Source: Selaginella moellendorffii (lineage: Eukaryota; Plantae; Lycopodiophyta). From it: a stretch of DNA of 64,000 bases. A program made the translations under genes and the position numbers. Location: the NCBI RefSeq assembly GCF_000143415.4, contig NW_003314309.1, positions 194,992-258,991 of the forward strand. The letters run 5' to 3'. Below, piece after piece: positions 13,301 through 24,582 of this stretch. The notes beneath the pieces were generated by a model. That model worked only from the letters and a program-made list of their open reading frames with translations, made no database searches and was not told the origin of the DNA. The stretch's first letter is position 1. Each line of letters begins with the position of its first letter.

Positions 13301-13850
13301 TGCTTTTAGTCCAATCCAAGAAACTTTTATGAGAGAGCATGGCAATGATTATTTGAACCAATAGACTTATCCCTATAGTCTTGATTGATCCACTTATAAT
13401 TATGCCTAGGAATGATCCACTAGTGTCGTGCTAACAACTATAGGCCAACCTATTTACCACTCTTAGAAAACTCAAGGAAGGTTTATTTTTTCTCACGGTA
13501 CATAGAACAACTCATGGAACCATTGGAATCATTTATGGAACCACTGATAGGTTAATATTAATCCTATTAACTCAAAGTGTAACCTCGAGTTGCTAATGTG
13601 CTTCACTCACGAGCCTAAGCACAAATTTGTGTATAATGGTACATCTCAGTCCTTCTTAGGAGCCCAAGAGCAAACTCATATAATAAGGTACAAAAATGCA
13701 ACCAAATCCATACCCAAGAAACAAATGTGAAGCCTTTGCACCCAAACGTGTACCCACTCGGATCATCATTTTCATCTCTACATATTCAACGAAATTAGTT
13801 GCCCAATCTCATTGGATAGTACTTGCTAAGACTCATCCTCTGATACTAAT

Positions 13851-14562
13851 TGTAGCGCATGTGGTTTTCACCCTTTATCCTATGGTGATTTACCATAGGA
13901 TAACCACGAAGCGGAACCTAAACCCTTTATATACCATGTGTCACATGCCACGTGTCCAAAAGATAGTGGAGTGGAGCTTGAGTTTCAAAGCCTTAGGCCA
14001 CTGAATGAAAGAATGGTGCCAAACTCCCAAATATAGAACCAAAGAGTAATGGCACTAGAGCATGGAATGAATCCCAAGCGTATAGCCCAAAGAGTGAAAA
14101 GATAGAAGCATGAAGCGATTTGGAATAGTTATAGAGCATCTAACATCCTAATGCCAGAACCAACACGTAAAATGGTGCCAAATGGAGTCTGGCGTTATTT
14201 CAGCATATCGGTGGCCTAACATAAAGATATAAGTACTCCACCTGGAACTTAGGTTTAAACCCAAGCCGGATGTAGAATAAAGATAAACACACAAACGAGA
14301 GCTAGATTATGCCCCAAGTTGGTCAGCTATGCCCAACCTACCCATTATCCCTACTATACATTTGGAACCCCCTATATCCTGCTACACCTCCTCCCCCTCC
14401 CCCCCCCCCTGAGGAACACATGCTTTGGGCTTTCACCCAAGCTTCCCTTAGTATTAGGAGTTAGTTTCTGAGACAAGCTCGAAACTTACTAAATGTGGAA
14501 TCCCCCTAAATTGTGAATTTGAACATGGGACAAACACCATTGTGTTCAAGACAATCTCTACA
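13851..14562 (-). mobile_element. LTR (family C), 5' LTR with adjacent Met-type PBS
   Basis: tgtagcg...ctctaca termini; ctctgatacta (rc of a degenerate TGGTATCAGAG) at ~13838-13848; partial paralog at 27852-28319. Confidence 0.75.
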
Positions 14563-14660
14563 TTCTGTAAATATGTCAAATGAGCAAATCTAAACACTTT
14601 TCATAAATAACATTTGGGACTAAAATGAGATTAATACAAAGAACATGATAGTGAGGGTAT

Positions 14661-14855
14661 TGTAAGCTCTTGAGTTTTGGACTTCCCGGGAGGTCACCCA
14701 GCCCAGTACTATTCAAACCCAAGGACGCTTAACCCCAAGTATCCCAAGACCCTTAACCGATTGGAAAAGGGGGTGCACTCTTGTTCATGGGCCCTTTCCC
14801 TCTATATTTGAACCCCATGGATCGTCTCTCGAGTCGTTCCCTTTGGTTGCTTACA
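14661..14855 (-). mobile_element. Cassandra-like solo LTR carrying the 5S rRNA internal promoter (copy 1)
   Basis: TGTAAGC...GCTTACA termini; perfect 5-bp TSD GGTAT; empty site at ~46125-46145. 14679-14733 (minus) matches the 3' half of plant 5S rRNA without gaps. Confidence 0.9.
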
Positions 14856-15199
14856 GGTATTTGGCAAACACAGTAAGCTATCGTTTAGTGAATATTGAGG
14901 GACGAAGCTCAATATTACAAGGGTTCTTAACACTAGCAAGTGCAAATCAACAACACGAGTTTCTCGTTACCATGTTTAGTATGCTTGATTTAATAATAAC
15001 TTAGGATTTCCTTCTTTAGTGCCCTTCTGGCTTAAGTGCATATGTGCTAACCAGTTTCTCAACTAGCTTGGGTGGAGACCATAAGGGAACTAACAGTAGT
15101 AACCTTTTGCTATTATGGTAATATGGAGAGAGTGTATGTAAGGATTGGTTGACAAATATCTTTTGATACCTGAAGTCATATTTGCGACAAAAATGTGCT

Positions 15200-16970
15200 T
15201 GTGTTGTCATAACTATTGTAAGTAATGTTACTTCCAATAAACACACACATATGATTAACTTTTCTTTCATAAAAAGTATCAAAGATTTATCTACTTCTTG
15301 AGCAGTTAAAAATCTAATTAAAATTAAAATTAATTGAATTCAAAAAATTAAATCAATTAGTACCATAAAACTTCTCCAAGCAAATATATTACTTTCTAGT
15401 GTTGTGTTTCCCATTATAAAAATGGGATAAAAATCCTAATAACTATATTAATTAACATTTTAGTAAATTTAGAAACGTACTCATAGTAAATGAAGCCAGT
15501 TGTTTTCATACCTATTAAATTACCTTTCTCATCTATACAATTTGAAAATTCAGTTCCATATATTGTAAACACTTTAAAAGCCTCTATATTATCAATAAAT
15601 AATTTATTTTGATGACTTGTTAATGTCCAAGTTCTATGATCAATTTTTCCATCATGAAGCAGCCACATATTTTACTTCATTCTGCACACAACTAAGTCTT
15701 TTTTAGTACTTAATTCATCATTTTTACCAGTAATAGTTTTATATATAATTTCAAAAACATTCTTAAATATATGCGTGTAATCCTTTAAAAATGCTATTGG
15801 CAACTTATAAAAATATGGAAGTTGATAAAATGTGAATATAACCATTTCATACCATTAGGTAATGATATTTGATCTTCTTGTCTAACCAAATAATAATATG
15901 GTACCTATTTTTTTGGATTCATTTGTCCTAGTATTGGTCAAATATAATTATGACTATTAAANNNNNNNNNNNNNNNNNNNNNNNNNNNNNNNNNNNNNNN
16001 NNNNNNNNNNNNNNNNNNNNNNNNNNNNNNNNNNNNNNNNNNNNNNNNNNNNNNNNNNNNNATGTTTTAGAAATAATAACTAAAATCTTACATTCTATTA
16101 GTAGACCTAAATAGATGATCTATAGGTAAGAAACACCAATGACCAATATATATGCTTTTTTATAAACTTCTTGACTATATTCTAAGAATCTAGATCCACA
16201 ATCTGGGTAAAAGTATTTTCCCATTAGTTCAAAGTCTTGGAACAAAATCATAATCCAGGAAAATCATGAATAAACTATCACACTACTTCTCTAAGCTTAA
16301 AAAACTGTTGACCCTCTAGCTTAGAATTATCTTTGCATGGCACTCCATCCCATAATTGTTTTAACTCTTCCAACAATAATAACCAATAAATATTAAGTAC
16401 CTTAGGAAGTTTTGGCCCTAGAAAAATTATAGATATAAATATTTCAATTTATTTTTTTAAACTAATACCTAGTATAATCATAATAAGGAATATAAATGAA
16501 GGCTTAATTGCTAGAGTTGGTGGTATATTATTATTAATTGCAACAATTGCCTAACATGAATATATTTTTGCCATTAATTTTGTTGGAGAAAGATCATCTG
16601 CAGCCATACTAAGATGTATATTTCTTGGATCTACTGCAAAATCTGGATAATCATCTTCGAATTTTTTTTTAAGTTGAACCATCTGCAGGCATTTTCATTA
16701 TTCCATTAGTGGATTGATGATAAAATGATAAGTTATATATTGTGTTATTTCTCTATANNNNNNNNNNNNNNNNNNNNNNNNNNNNNNNNNNNNNNNNNNN
16801 NNNNNNNNNNNNNNNNNNNNNNNNNNNNNNNNNNNNNNNNNNNNNNNNNNNNNNNNNCATTATTTTCTCAGGTATATAATTATTAAAATCTTTGTGCTTG
16901 CTAGCATTAGAAATTCTACAAAATTGAAGGTCTTTATTCTCCTTATAAAATAACATACAATCATTCTTCC
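15200..16970 (-). mobile_element. CACTA/En-Spm Tnp2 (Transposase_21-type) remnant, AT-decayed, spanning two N gaps
   Basis: Relic motifs NDCMLFYKENKDLQFC, YPDFAVDPRNIHLSMAAD and LEELKQLWDGVPCKDN; paralog at 36530-38140. Confidence 0.8.
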
Positions 16971-16986
16971 TTTTGTCTTCCAAAAG

Positions 16987-17562
16987 GTACTCCGACACTA
17001 GAGCATACAGTCAATCCAAGCTTGCGAACATCTTCCACGCCAAAGAACTGGCAATGAGATTCAAGGTATTCATCTAATGCTTTGAAATCTCTCCCACCTT
17101 TCTCTTTTGTCAATGCTTTCTCTTTTGCTGATTAGGCTGAAGGAGTTGACATCACAGCCAACGCTGTTCATCCAGAGTTTATAATGACACCTTTGATGTG
17201 GTACACATTCTACATAATGAGTTTGTCTCTTTGCCTCATTTGTTTTCGGTTACTTATGGAACTTTGATCTTCATGCAGGGGTTCTCAAGTTCCTCTCCAG
17301 CTTCCTTTGGAAAAATGTCCCACAGGTAAGAAAAATTCTCTCAATTATCTGGAAGTTTTTTGTGACTAATACGTGATCGATCTCTCAGGGCGCTGCTACG
17401 ACGTGCTACGCGGCTTTACATCCAAGCCTCAAGGATGTCACTGGGCAATACTTCGTGGATTCCAACAAATCCAACTGTAGCGCTTATGGCAGAGATCCCG
17501 AGCTCACTCACAAGCTATGGACCTTCTCCCAGGAGCTTATAGACAAGCATTTTCCATCCTAA
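16987..17562 (+). pseudogene. 3' fragment (4 exons) of a Tic32-like short-chain dehydrogenase/reductase
   Basis: Spliced peptide [62 protein letters not shown]; GT-AG introns. The Rossmann-fold 5' half is absent and CACTA sequence lies directly upstream. Confidence 0.85.
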
Positions 17563-18457
17563 AGGTAAAAGGTTGATAGTGCTAGAGAGCGAGTGAGCAA
17601 ACAAGGACAACTCAGCTGTTTACCATAAAGACGAATATGATTTATAATAATTTGTATAAGGTAAATATAATTACTTCTACACCTTAAACACCAACATGCA
17701 ACTCTCATTCCTAAATCCTAAACAAAAAACTTAATACAGATCTGAGGAAAAAAACAAATTAGGAAATTATGTGTTAAAAGTGGGTACATTATACTACTAT
17801 TAGTAAGTTAGTTGATGTAAATATTGTTGAAATTTATGACTAAAAATTTTGGAACTACAAACCTTAAGAACTTACATTTTAGTCACAGTTTAAAAGTTGT
17901 AAATTGCAACTCTAATTAGCAGCCTATATGAACTTATCTAGCTTTAAAGAACAAATTATGATTTATATTTTAGTTGTAAAGGACAACTATAATTTCCAAC
18001 TTAAATTTGAGTAACTATAAAGCTATCTTAAAATTTGTAACTAAAGCCAATTTGCTACATTTAAGTTGAGTTGAAAATTAAAACTTAGATTTCGAACAAA
18101 CACAAAAATTTCGTTGGAAAAACATATCATTATAATGCTTTTATGTAGTAGTGTACGGACTGGCAGAAGTCAAGTCTAAGTCTTGACCTGCCGAAGTCCA
18201 CATTGTATCCACCGTGGCCAAAAAATCACCACAAGAAAAAATTGTGCAAAGGTCTATGTTATGTAATATAGTTGATAGCCCAGTATACCAATGGCAAATC
18301 CCAAATCCCCCACTTTATTGACTACAAAGCTTTCATCAAGGTTCAATCGGCTCGAAGTCAAGTGTGCCAAGAATTGATTAACATTTGTGCGTGTAAACTC
18401 TGTGAAAAGAAGAACCTCATCTTTCATGATAGCTCCCACTCTTTGATGTTCTGATCC

Positions 18458-21287
18458 ATGGCCATGTCTCTCGCGGATTTGCTGCTGCCTTTGTTTCGTA
18501 CTCGTCTTTCTCACAAGATCCCGGTCACAGTGCCCCACAAATCCATCTGCAATCGTGAACGACACACAGGTTCTTCTCTCTCTCCGTGACAGGCTTGGCA
18601 TCAAAGTGTGGAACGAGACTGCCGATCCAAGAGCATGGCGGGGAGTGGAGTGGAGCTCGGACAACCAAGTGGAGGGCCTCGCTCTGTCCAGGTTTAATCT
18701 CTCGGGAGTTTTTCCTGCCACCTGGGCCGAGCTTCCATCGCTGGCTCGCCTGGACCTCTCGCAAAACGGCCTCTCCTCGCTGGAAGTCCCTTGCAAAAAT
18801 ACGCAGCTCAACCTCCTCAACTTGAGCTCCAATTCCCTGCAAGAGTTCCCCGGAAATCTCTCCAACCTCAAGAGTTTGGAAAGCCTGGACCTCAGTGGGA
18901 ACTTCTTAACAGTGGCCGGACTCCCAAAGTTTAGCTTGACGCTGCGATCGCTCAACCTGTCCATCAACAACTTAACTGGGAGCTTTTCCATTGGTGGTAA
19001 CCTGGGACTGGAGGCACTGGAACTCTCGCAGAACGGACTCAGCGGCTCCATTCCAGAAACTTTCGGGGAGATGACGAACTTGAAGCGCCTGGACATATCG
19101 TATAACAGGTTTAGAGGAGATCTACCCGATATTTGGAGCAAGAACTTGGAGCTCAGGTACATGCGTATCTCCAACAATTCGCTCCATGGTGGTTTGCCAC
19201 CGAGCTTGAGAAGGCTACGCAAGCTCTCTGTTTTACGCGCTGCATACAACTCTCTCTCCGGGCCACTGGAGCTGGAAGATGGCAACTTTGCAAGCATCGA
19301 GGTTTTGAACCTCGGGCTAAACGGGTTTAGCGGAACGATCCCGGCTACGCTGGGAAGCTTGAGGAACTTGAAGATCCTGGTTCTCACGGGGAATCATTTT
19401 AGTGGCGCCATACCACTGGAGCTTGGAAACTGGTCGAACATCAGAGAGATATGGCTTGACAGCAATAACTTGACTGGAACAATCCCAGGCGAGCTCTCGA
19501 AGCTCTCGCATCTCCAGAAGCTGGTTCTCACGGGGAATCGTTTTAGTGGCGCCATACCGTCGGAGCTTGGAAACTGGTCGAACATCAGGGAGATATGGCT
19601 CAACAGCAATAACTTGACTGGAACAATCCCAGGCGAGCTCTCGAAGCTCTCGCATCTCCAGAAGCTGGTTCTCACGGGGAATCGTTTTAGTGGCGCCATA
19701 CCGTCGGAGCTTGGAAACTGGTCGAACATCAGGGAGATATGGCTCAACAGCAATAACTTGACTGGAACAATCCCAGGCGAGCTCTCGAAGCTCTCGCATC
19801 TCCAAAGGGTGGTTCTCACGGGGAATCGTTTTAGTGGCGCCATACCTCCGGAGCTTGGAAACTGGTCGAACATCAGGGAGATATGGCTCAACAGCAATAA
19901 CTTGACTGGAACAATCCCAGGCGAGCTCTCGAAGCTCTCGCATCTCCAGAAGCTGGTTCTCACGGGGAATCGTTTTAGTGGCGCCATACCTCCAGAGCTT
20001 GGAAACTGGTCGAACATCAAAGAGATATGGCTCGATAGCAATAACTTGACTGGAACAATCCCAGGCGAGCTCTCGAAGCTCTCACATCTCCAGCAGCTGG
20101 TTCTCACGGGGAATCGTTTTAGTGGCGCCATCCCAGGCGAGCTCTCGAAGCTCTCGCATCTCCAAAGGGTGGTTCTCACGGGGAATCGTTTTAGTGGCGC
20201 CATACCTCCGGAGCTTGGAAACTGGTCAAACATCAGGGAGATATGGCTCAACGGCAATGATTTGACTGGAACAATCCCAGGCGAGCTCTCGAAGCTCTCA
20301 CATCTCCAGCAGCTAGTTCTCAGCAGTAACGACATCGGTGGGGAGCTCCCTTCCGGACTCTCCAACTGCACTGAGCTCGTCGTTCTCTGGCTGGGGCAGA
20401 ACAAGTTCTCTGGAAATCTCCCTGACAGCTTCGGGAATTTGAGCCGCCTGCTCCTTCTGTCGCTTTCCAGCAACGATCTTGTCGGTTCAATCCCGGCCAT
20501 ATTGCAAAACATGTCGTCTCTGCAGTTCCTCTTCCTCTCAAACAACAGCTTCAGCGGCTCCATACCGGACTGGCTTCCCAGGCTCACGAACTTACGAGCC
20601 ATGGACTTCTCGGTTAACAGGTTCTCTGGGGAGATGCCAGAAAGCATTGGCCGACTGTTTGCCAACGTCCAGCTTTACAACAAGAACAAACGGTCTGTGA
20701 TGATTCAAACCACGCGAGGACTCCTCTACAACGGCTTCGCCTTCCCGACCTCCATAGACTTCTCCTTCAACCAGCTGACTGGAAGCATTCCAGCTGCCAT
20801 TGGCGACCTCTACAAGCTCCAGGTGCTGCACCTGAGCCACAACCAGCTAACAGGTCCCATTCCCGAGTCCCTGGGGAAGGCAAGGAATCTCTCCTGGGTG
20901 GGGCTCGCAAGCAATCGTCTCAATGGCTCCATACCATCGTCCGTGGCGGACCTCTCGTTTCTCACCATCTTCGACGTCTCCAACAACAGCCTGGTGGGAC
21001 GGATACCTGACAGCCCACAACTCTCGTCCATGGACGCGGCTCTCTTCGCTGGGAATCACCTCTGTGGCTTGCCACTGACCAACACCTGTTCGAGCACTGC
21101 TATGCCGCCACATAAGCTTAGAACAGAGGGACAAGGTGGTAGCGAACAGGACCAAAGAGAGGTGATAGCACTTGTCAGCGTTGGCATCTTCGTGGCAGCC
21201 TTCTTCAACGCGTTCTTCTGGACCTACTTTGCGGCAAACCGCAGAGCTCATTCCCAGCTCTGTGGATGCTGGCAATCAAATCTCTAG
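18458..21287 (+). pseudogene. LRR receptor-like protein copy 1 (frameshift in signal peptide, otherwise open for 910 codons)
   Basis: Plant extracellular LRR consensus, island domain, GNxLCGxPL cap, TM helix, no kinase. An extra G at 18498 relative to copy 2 disconnects ATG 18458 from the long frame. Confidence 0.85.
19377..20312 (+). repeat. 6.5 near-identical 144-bp (two-LRR) tandem units
   Basis: Six full 48-aa units plus one 24-aa hybrid unit (LVLTGNRFSGAIPGELSKLSHLQR). Confidence 0.95.
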
Positions 21288-23660
21288 CTCGTCCACCATG
21301 TTGCTGCCGTCCTTTCTACCTTCCAGTTTGTAATCCATCACGACTGCTTGATGAAGTGAACTCTTCTTATCCGCTTTCAAGGCCGCCTCCTGTATAGTCT
21401 TGAGCTTATCATGATCCCCCCACAGCCCCGCGCTCCGGTAGATGCTCGCCAGCAGAACGTACGCAGCCGAGTCATTCTCGTCGATCTTCGTCAGTGCCTC
21501 GAACGCACTTCCACTTACAGCAGGCCCCGAGGACGCTCCTCCAAACCACAGCATCCGCTCTCAAAGGCATGCTCTCGAGGACTTTCGGTTACGAGATCCA
21601 CCAAGCTGCTGTAGTGATGAATCCCGCAAACAATGCCAGAGTCCGGGTCCATTGCCTGGAAAAACTCCCTGCCTCGTTCAACTAGGCCGCCGTGGCTGCA
21701 AGCAGTGATGACCGAGACAAACGTGATGGCGTTTGCTCGCACGCCATCTTCTCGCATCTCACGACAGGCTTCGAACATGCGCGACGTGTCACCCTGTTGG
21801 CCGAATCCTGTGATCAGTGCATTCCAGGCGACGATATCTCGGACTGCCAGAGATCCAAACAAGTGCTCGCACTCATAACTCCGCACTTCCTGTAGAAGTT
21901 TACTCCCCACAACTTGATCGTCTTCCAGCCCACGCCTGTAAAGCTCAGCCTGGATTTTCCTTCCACTCCAAGAGTTCCAGCCCGAGCTCACTCTCACCGT
22001 TGTCTATATATCCCTGTATCGAGCTCGTCCAAACGACAACGTCCCGGCTAGGCATGCGTTTGAAAACTGCTCGAGCTTTCACCATATCTCCACACTTGGC
22101 ATACATGTCCACCAAGCTGCTCCCGACAAATCTGTGCTCGCAGCGTCCAAACTTCGCGGCGAGAGAATGAATCTCCATCCCCTTTTCTAGGCTCTGGATT
22201 CGCACTAGCTTTCCATCTTCTCGCGGAACAGGTGGCTCGGACGCTGAAAGGTGGATGCAGGCCATGAGCGCAGCAACAAACGTTCTCTCGTCCGGATCGT
22301 TCTCCCGAGCCATGCCAAAGAACACCTCCAAGGCCAGCTTGCTGTCTCCACTTACATCGGCCAGCCATGCCATCGAAGACCTTGCGAGCTTCCTCTAGCT
22401 TCTCACACTTCGCGTACATATCGATCAGAGTGTTCCCCACGAACACGTCCTCACAGCACCTGCTGTTTGAAGCTTCACCGTGGATAGCCACCCCGGTTTC
22501 CAAGCTCTTTCTCTTCACGAGTTTGCCGTCGACATCCACCGCTTCTTCTCGCATTGCCGAGCTCGCACAGGCGGCAAGCGCAGCAACACACGTCTGAGAG
22601 TTTGGACAGCACCCAGATAGCTTCATATCTTCGAAGAACACGAGAGCCAGCTTGCTTTCCCCGTTGTCCACAAAGCCTTGTATCAAGCTCGTCCAGAGCA
22701 CCACATCACGACGAGGCATGCTCTCGAAAACCATCCGCGCGTCGACCATGCTCCCACACTTTGAGTACATGGTACTTGGCTGCTCCCCACGAAGATATCT
22801 CCACAGCAGTGGCTTTTCACAGCTCCATCGTGAACAGCGAGCCCCTTTTCCAGGCTCTTCGTCTTCACCATCTTTTGGTGGCCTCCTCTTTCACTGCTAG
22901 ATTCGCACAAGCCTTGGCAGCAGCAACGAAAGTCCAAGACTTTGGCGAGCAGTCCATTTTCCCAAAGAACTCGAGAGCGACCTCACTTTCTCCATTCTCT
23001 ACGTAGCCCAGTATCAACGCGTTCCAGGAGACCACGTCTCACTGTGACATCTCATCGAAGACCGATCGAGCATCGAGCATGATGCCGCACTTAGCTCGAG
23101 AGGAAAACGTCTTCGCTGCAAGACGGTCCCATCTGCTTGGCTTGAGAATGGATGCCTCTGCCGGTCTCGAGACTAGCCTCCTTGACGAGCTTCCCATCGA
23201 CCAAAACAGCGTCTTCCTTCGCCGCGAGGCTGCTACAAGCCTTTGCCGCGTCCTGGAGTTTGGCTTGCAGCCCGACCGCCTGGCTTGCATCCTCTCGAAG
23301 AGATCCAGAGCCACATCACTCTCGCCATTGGAGACGTAGCCCAGCATCAAGGACATCACGTTTGGGTGAAGAATGCTGTGGAACAGTCCTCCATGCTGCC
23401 GCATTTCGCGTACGTTTTTCGTCCACCAGCGCATTGACAACAAGCTGCTTGTTCTCCGCCGCCTGGCCGTGGATCGCCCAGGCGCAAATTGCCCTTGCGC
23501 AAATCCCTTGTGACCTTCAACGCCGACACCTGCTGATCGGGCGCCCGCGGCGGCGCTGCCGAAGGAGCGAATGCCGGTGCGGCGCATCGAATCGCTGCCA
23601 TCGCCAAGTCTCATCCATCGCAAGAACCCTAAAAATTTGCTAGCAACATGGAAATTCAAT
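21276..23660 (-). pseudogene. PLS-class PPR (E-domain) pseudogene, copy 1
   Basis: MYSKCGSMVDARMVFESMPRRDVVLWTSLI, VAWNALITGF, ITFVSVITACSHGGLVERG, AAYVLLASIY spread over several frames. Confidence 0.92.
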
Positions 23661-23886
23661 CAAGGCCGTCGATTCAAGAATATCTGACGGTTGGAAAGAA
23701 TCGCAATCCCAGGCTTGTAAGCCGGTGTCCATCTCCGCTCGCCCTCGGAGTTAAGTCGATCGGAAACACCGCTGAAAACAGGAACTATGGCGATCAAGCG
23801 TAATCGCTCTTAAGACTCTTACCTGTTGAGGCAGCGATTCCTGCTACTCCACCGGAGATCAAGCTCGTCACCATCCTACTCGGGCC

Positions 23887-24582
23887 CATAGTTGCCAGAA
23901 AACGTATGAAACTAAAAAAACACCGTTCTAAACTCCCAACGCGTTTGCACTATTTGTGAAAAGAGACAAAGGTTTCTTTAGGGTTTCTTTAGGGTTTCTT
24001 CAGGGTTCATGTAGTCATGGCAGGAATTGGAGGACGCCGCAAATGCTAGAGCTGGAAGCATGTGATATGAGCAGAGCGGCACTGGACATGTAAGTATTGT
24101 TATGAGATTCACACTGGGGGAGCGGAGCGAGTGCGAGCACATCTTGCTAGAGTTCAGGCAAGAGGTGTGAAAACGTGCAAGGCAATGAGGGAGATCCCTT
24201 ATGAAGTTCTTAAAAAACCTCACAGCAGTTTTTCCGATTTCGAGCTAGCAGACCCAGCAGATGCCAATGATGGGCATCTGCTGCAGCAAGCCGCACAGGG
24301 TTCAGGGGGGCAGCAGAATCTATGGTGGCAAGCACGGAGAACTGGTCCAGTGCTGGGACAAGCAGAACAGTGAAACAGCTTTTTCTTTCATTTGTTTTAG
24401 TATGTTATTCCGTTGGGTTTTATAAACTTAATATCAGATTAAAGTGTATTTAGTAAATATTAGTGTTTTTTTAATCATTTTAGGCTTTAACATGTAAATG
24501 TTTGATTGTCCTGAAAAAAACGTTTTAAACGGCGTTTAAACGTGGACGCGTTTGAACGTTTGCACGTCTAGCTGCAACTATG
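23887..24582 (+). mobile_element. Non-autonomous hAT transposon (696 bp) retaining a BED zinc-finger relic
   Basis: 9-bp TIR CATAGTTGC/GCAACTATG; perfect 8-bp TSD CTCGGGCC at 23879-23886 and 24583-24590; WTCKYC..GGAERVRAHLA..GVKTC with upstream stops at ~24017-24200. Confidence 0.93.

Noticed and set aside
14679-14733. A genuine 5S rRNA gene
   Set aside because: Only the internal ~55 nt are present, with no 5' half or terminal stem, and it is embedded in a TSD-flanked LTR.
15962-16857. Two ~100-N runs
   Set aside because: Assembly gaps of unknown true size; they lower confidence in nearby junctions.
19377-20312. CRISPR-like repeat array
   Set aside because: No unique spacers; these are in-frame coding tandem repeats in a eukaryotic gene.
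18254-20665. Long minus-strand ORFs (also 39532-41256)
   Set aside because: Antisense shadows of the LRR codon pattern.
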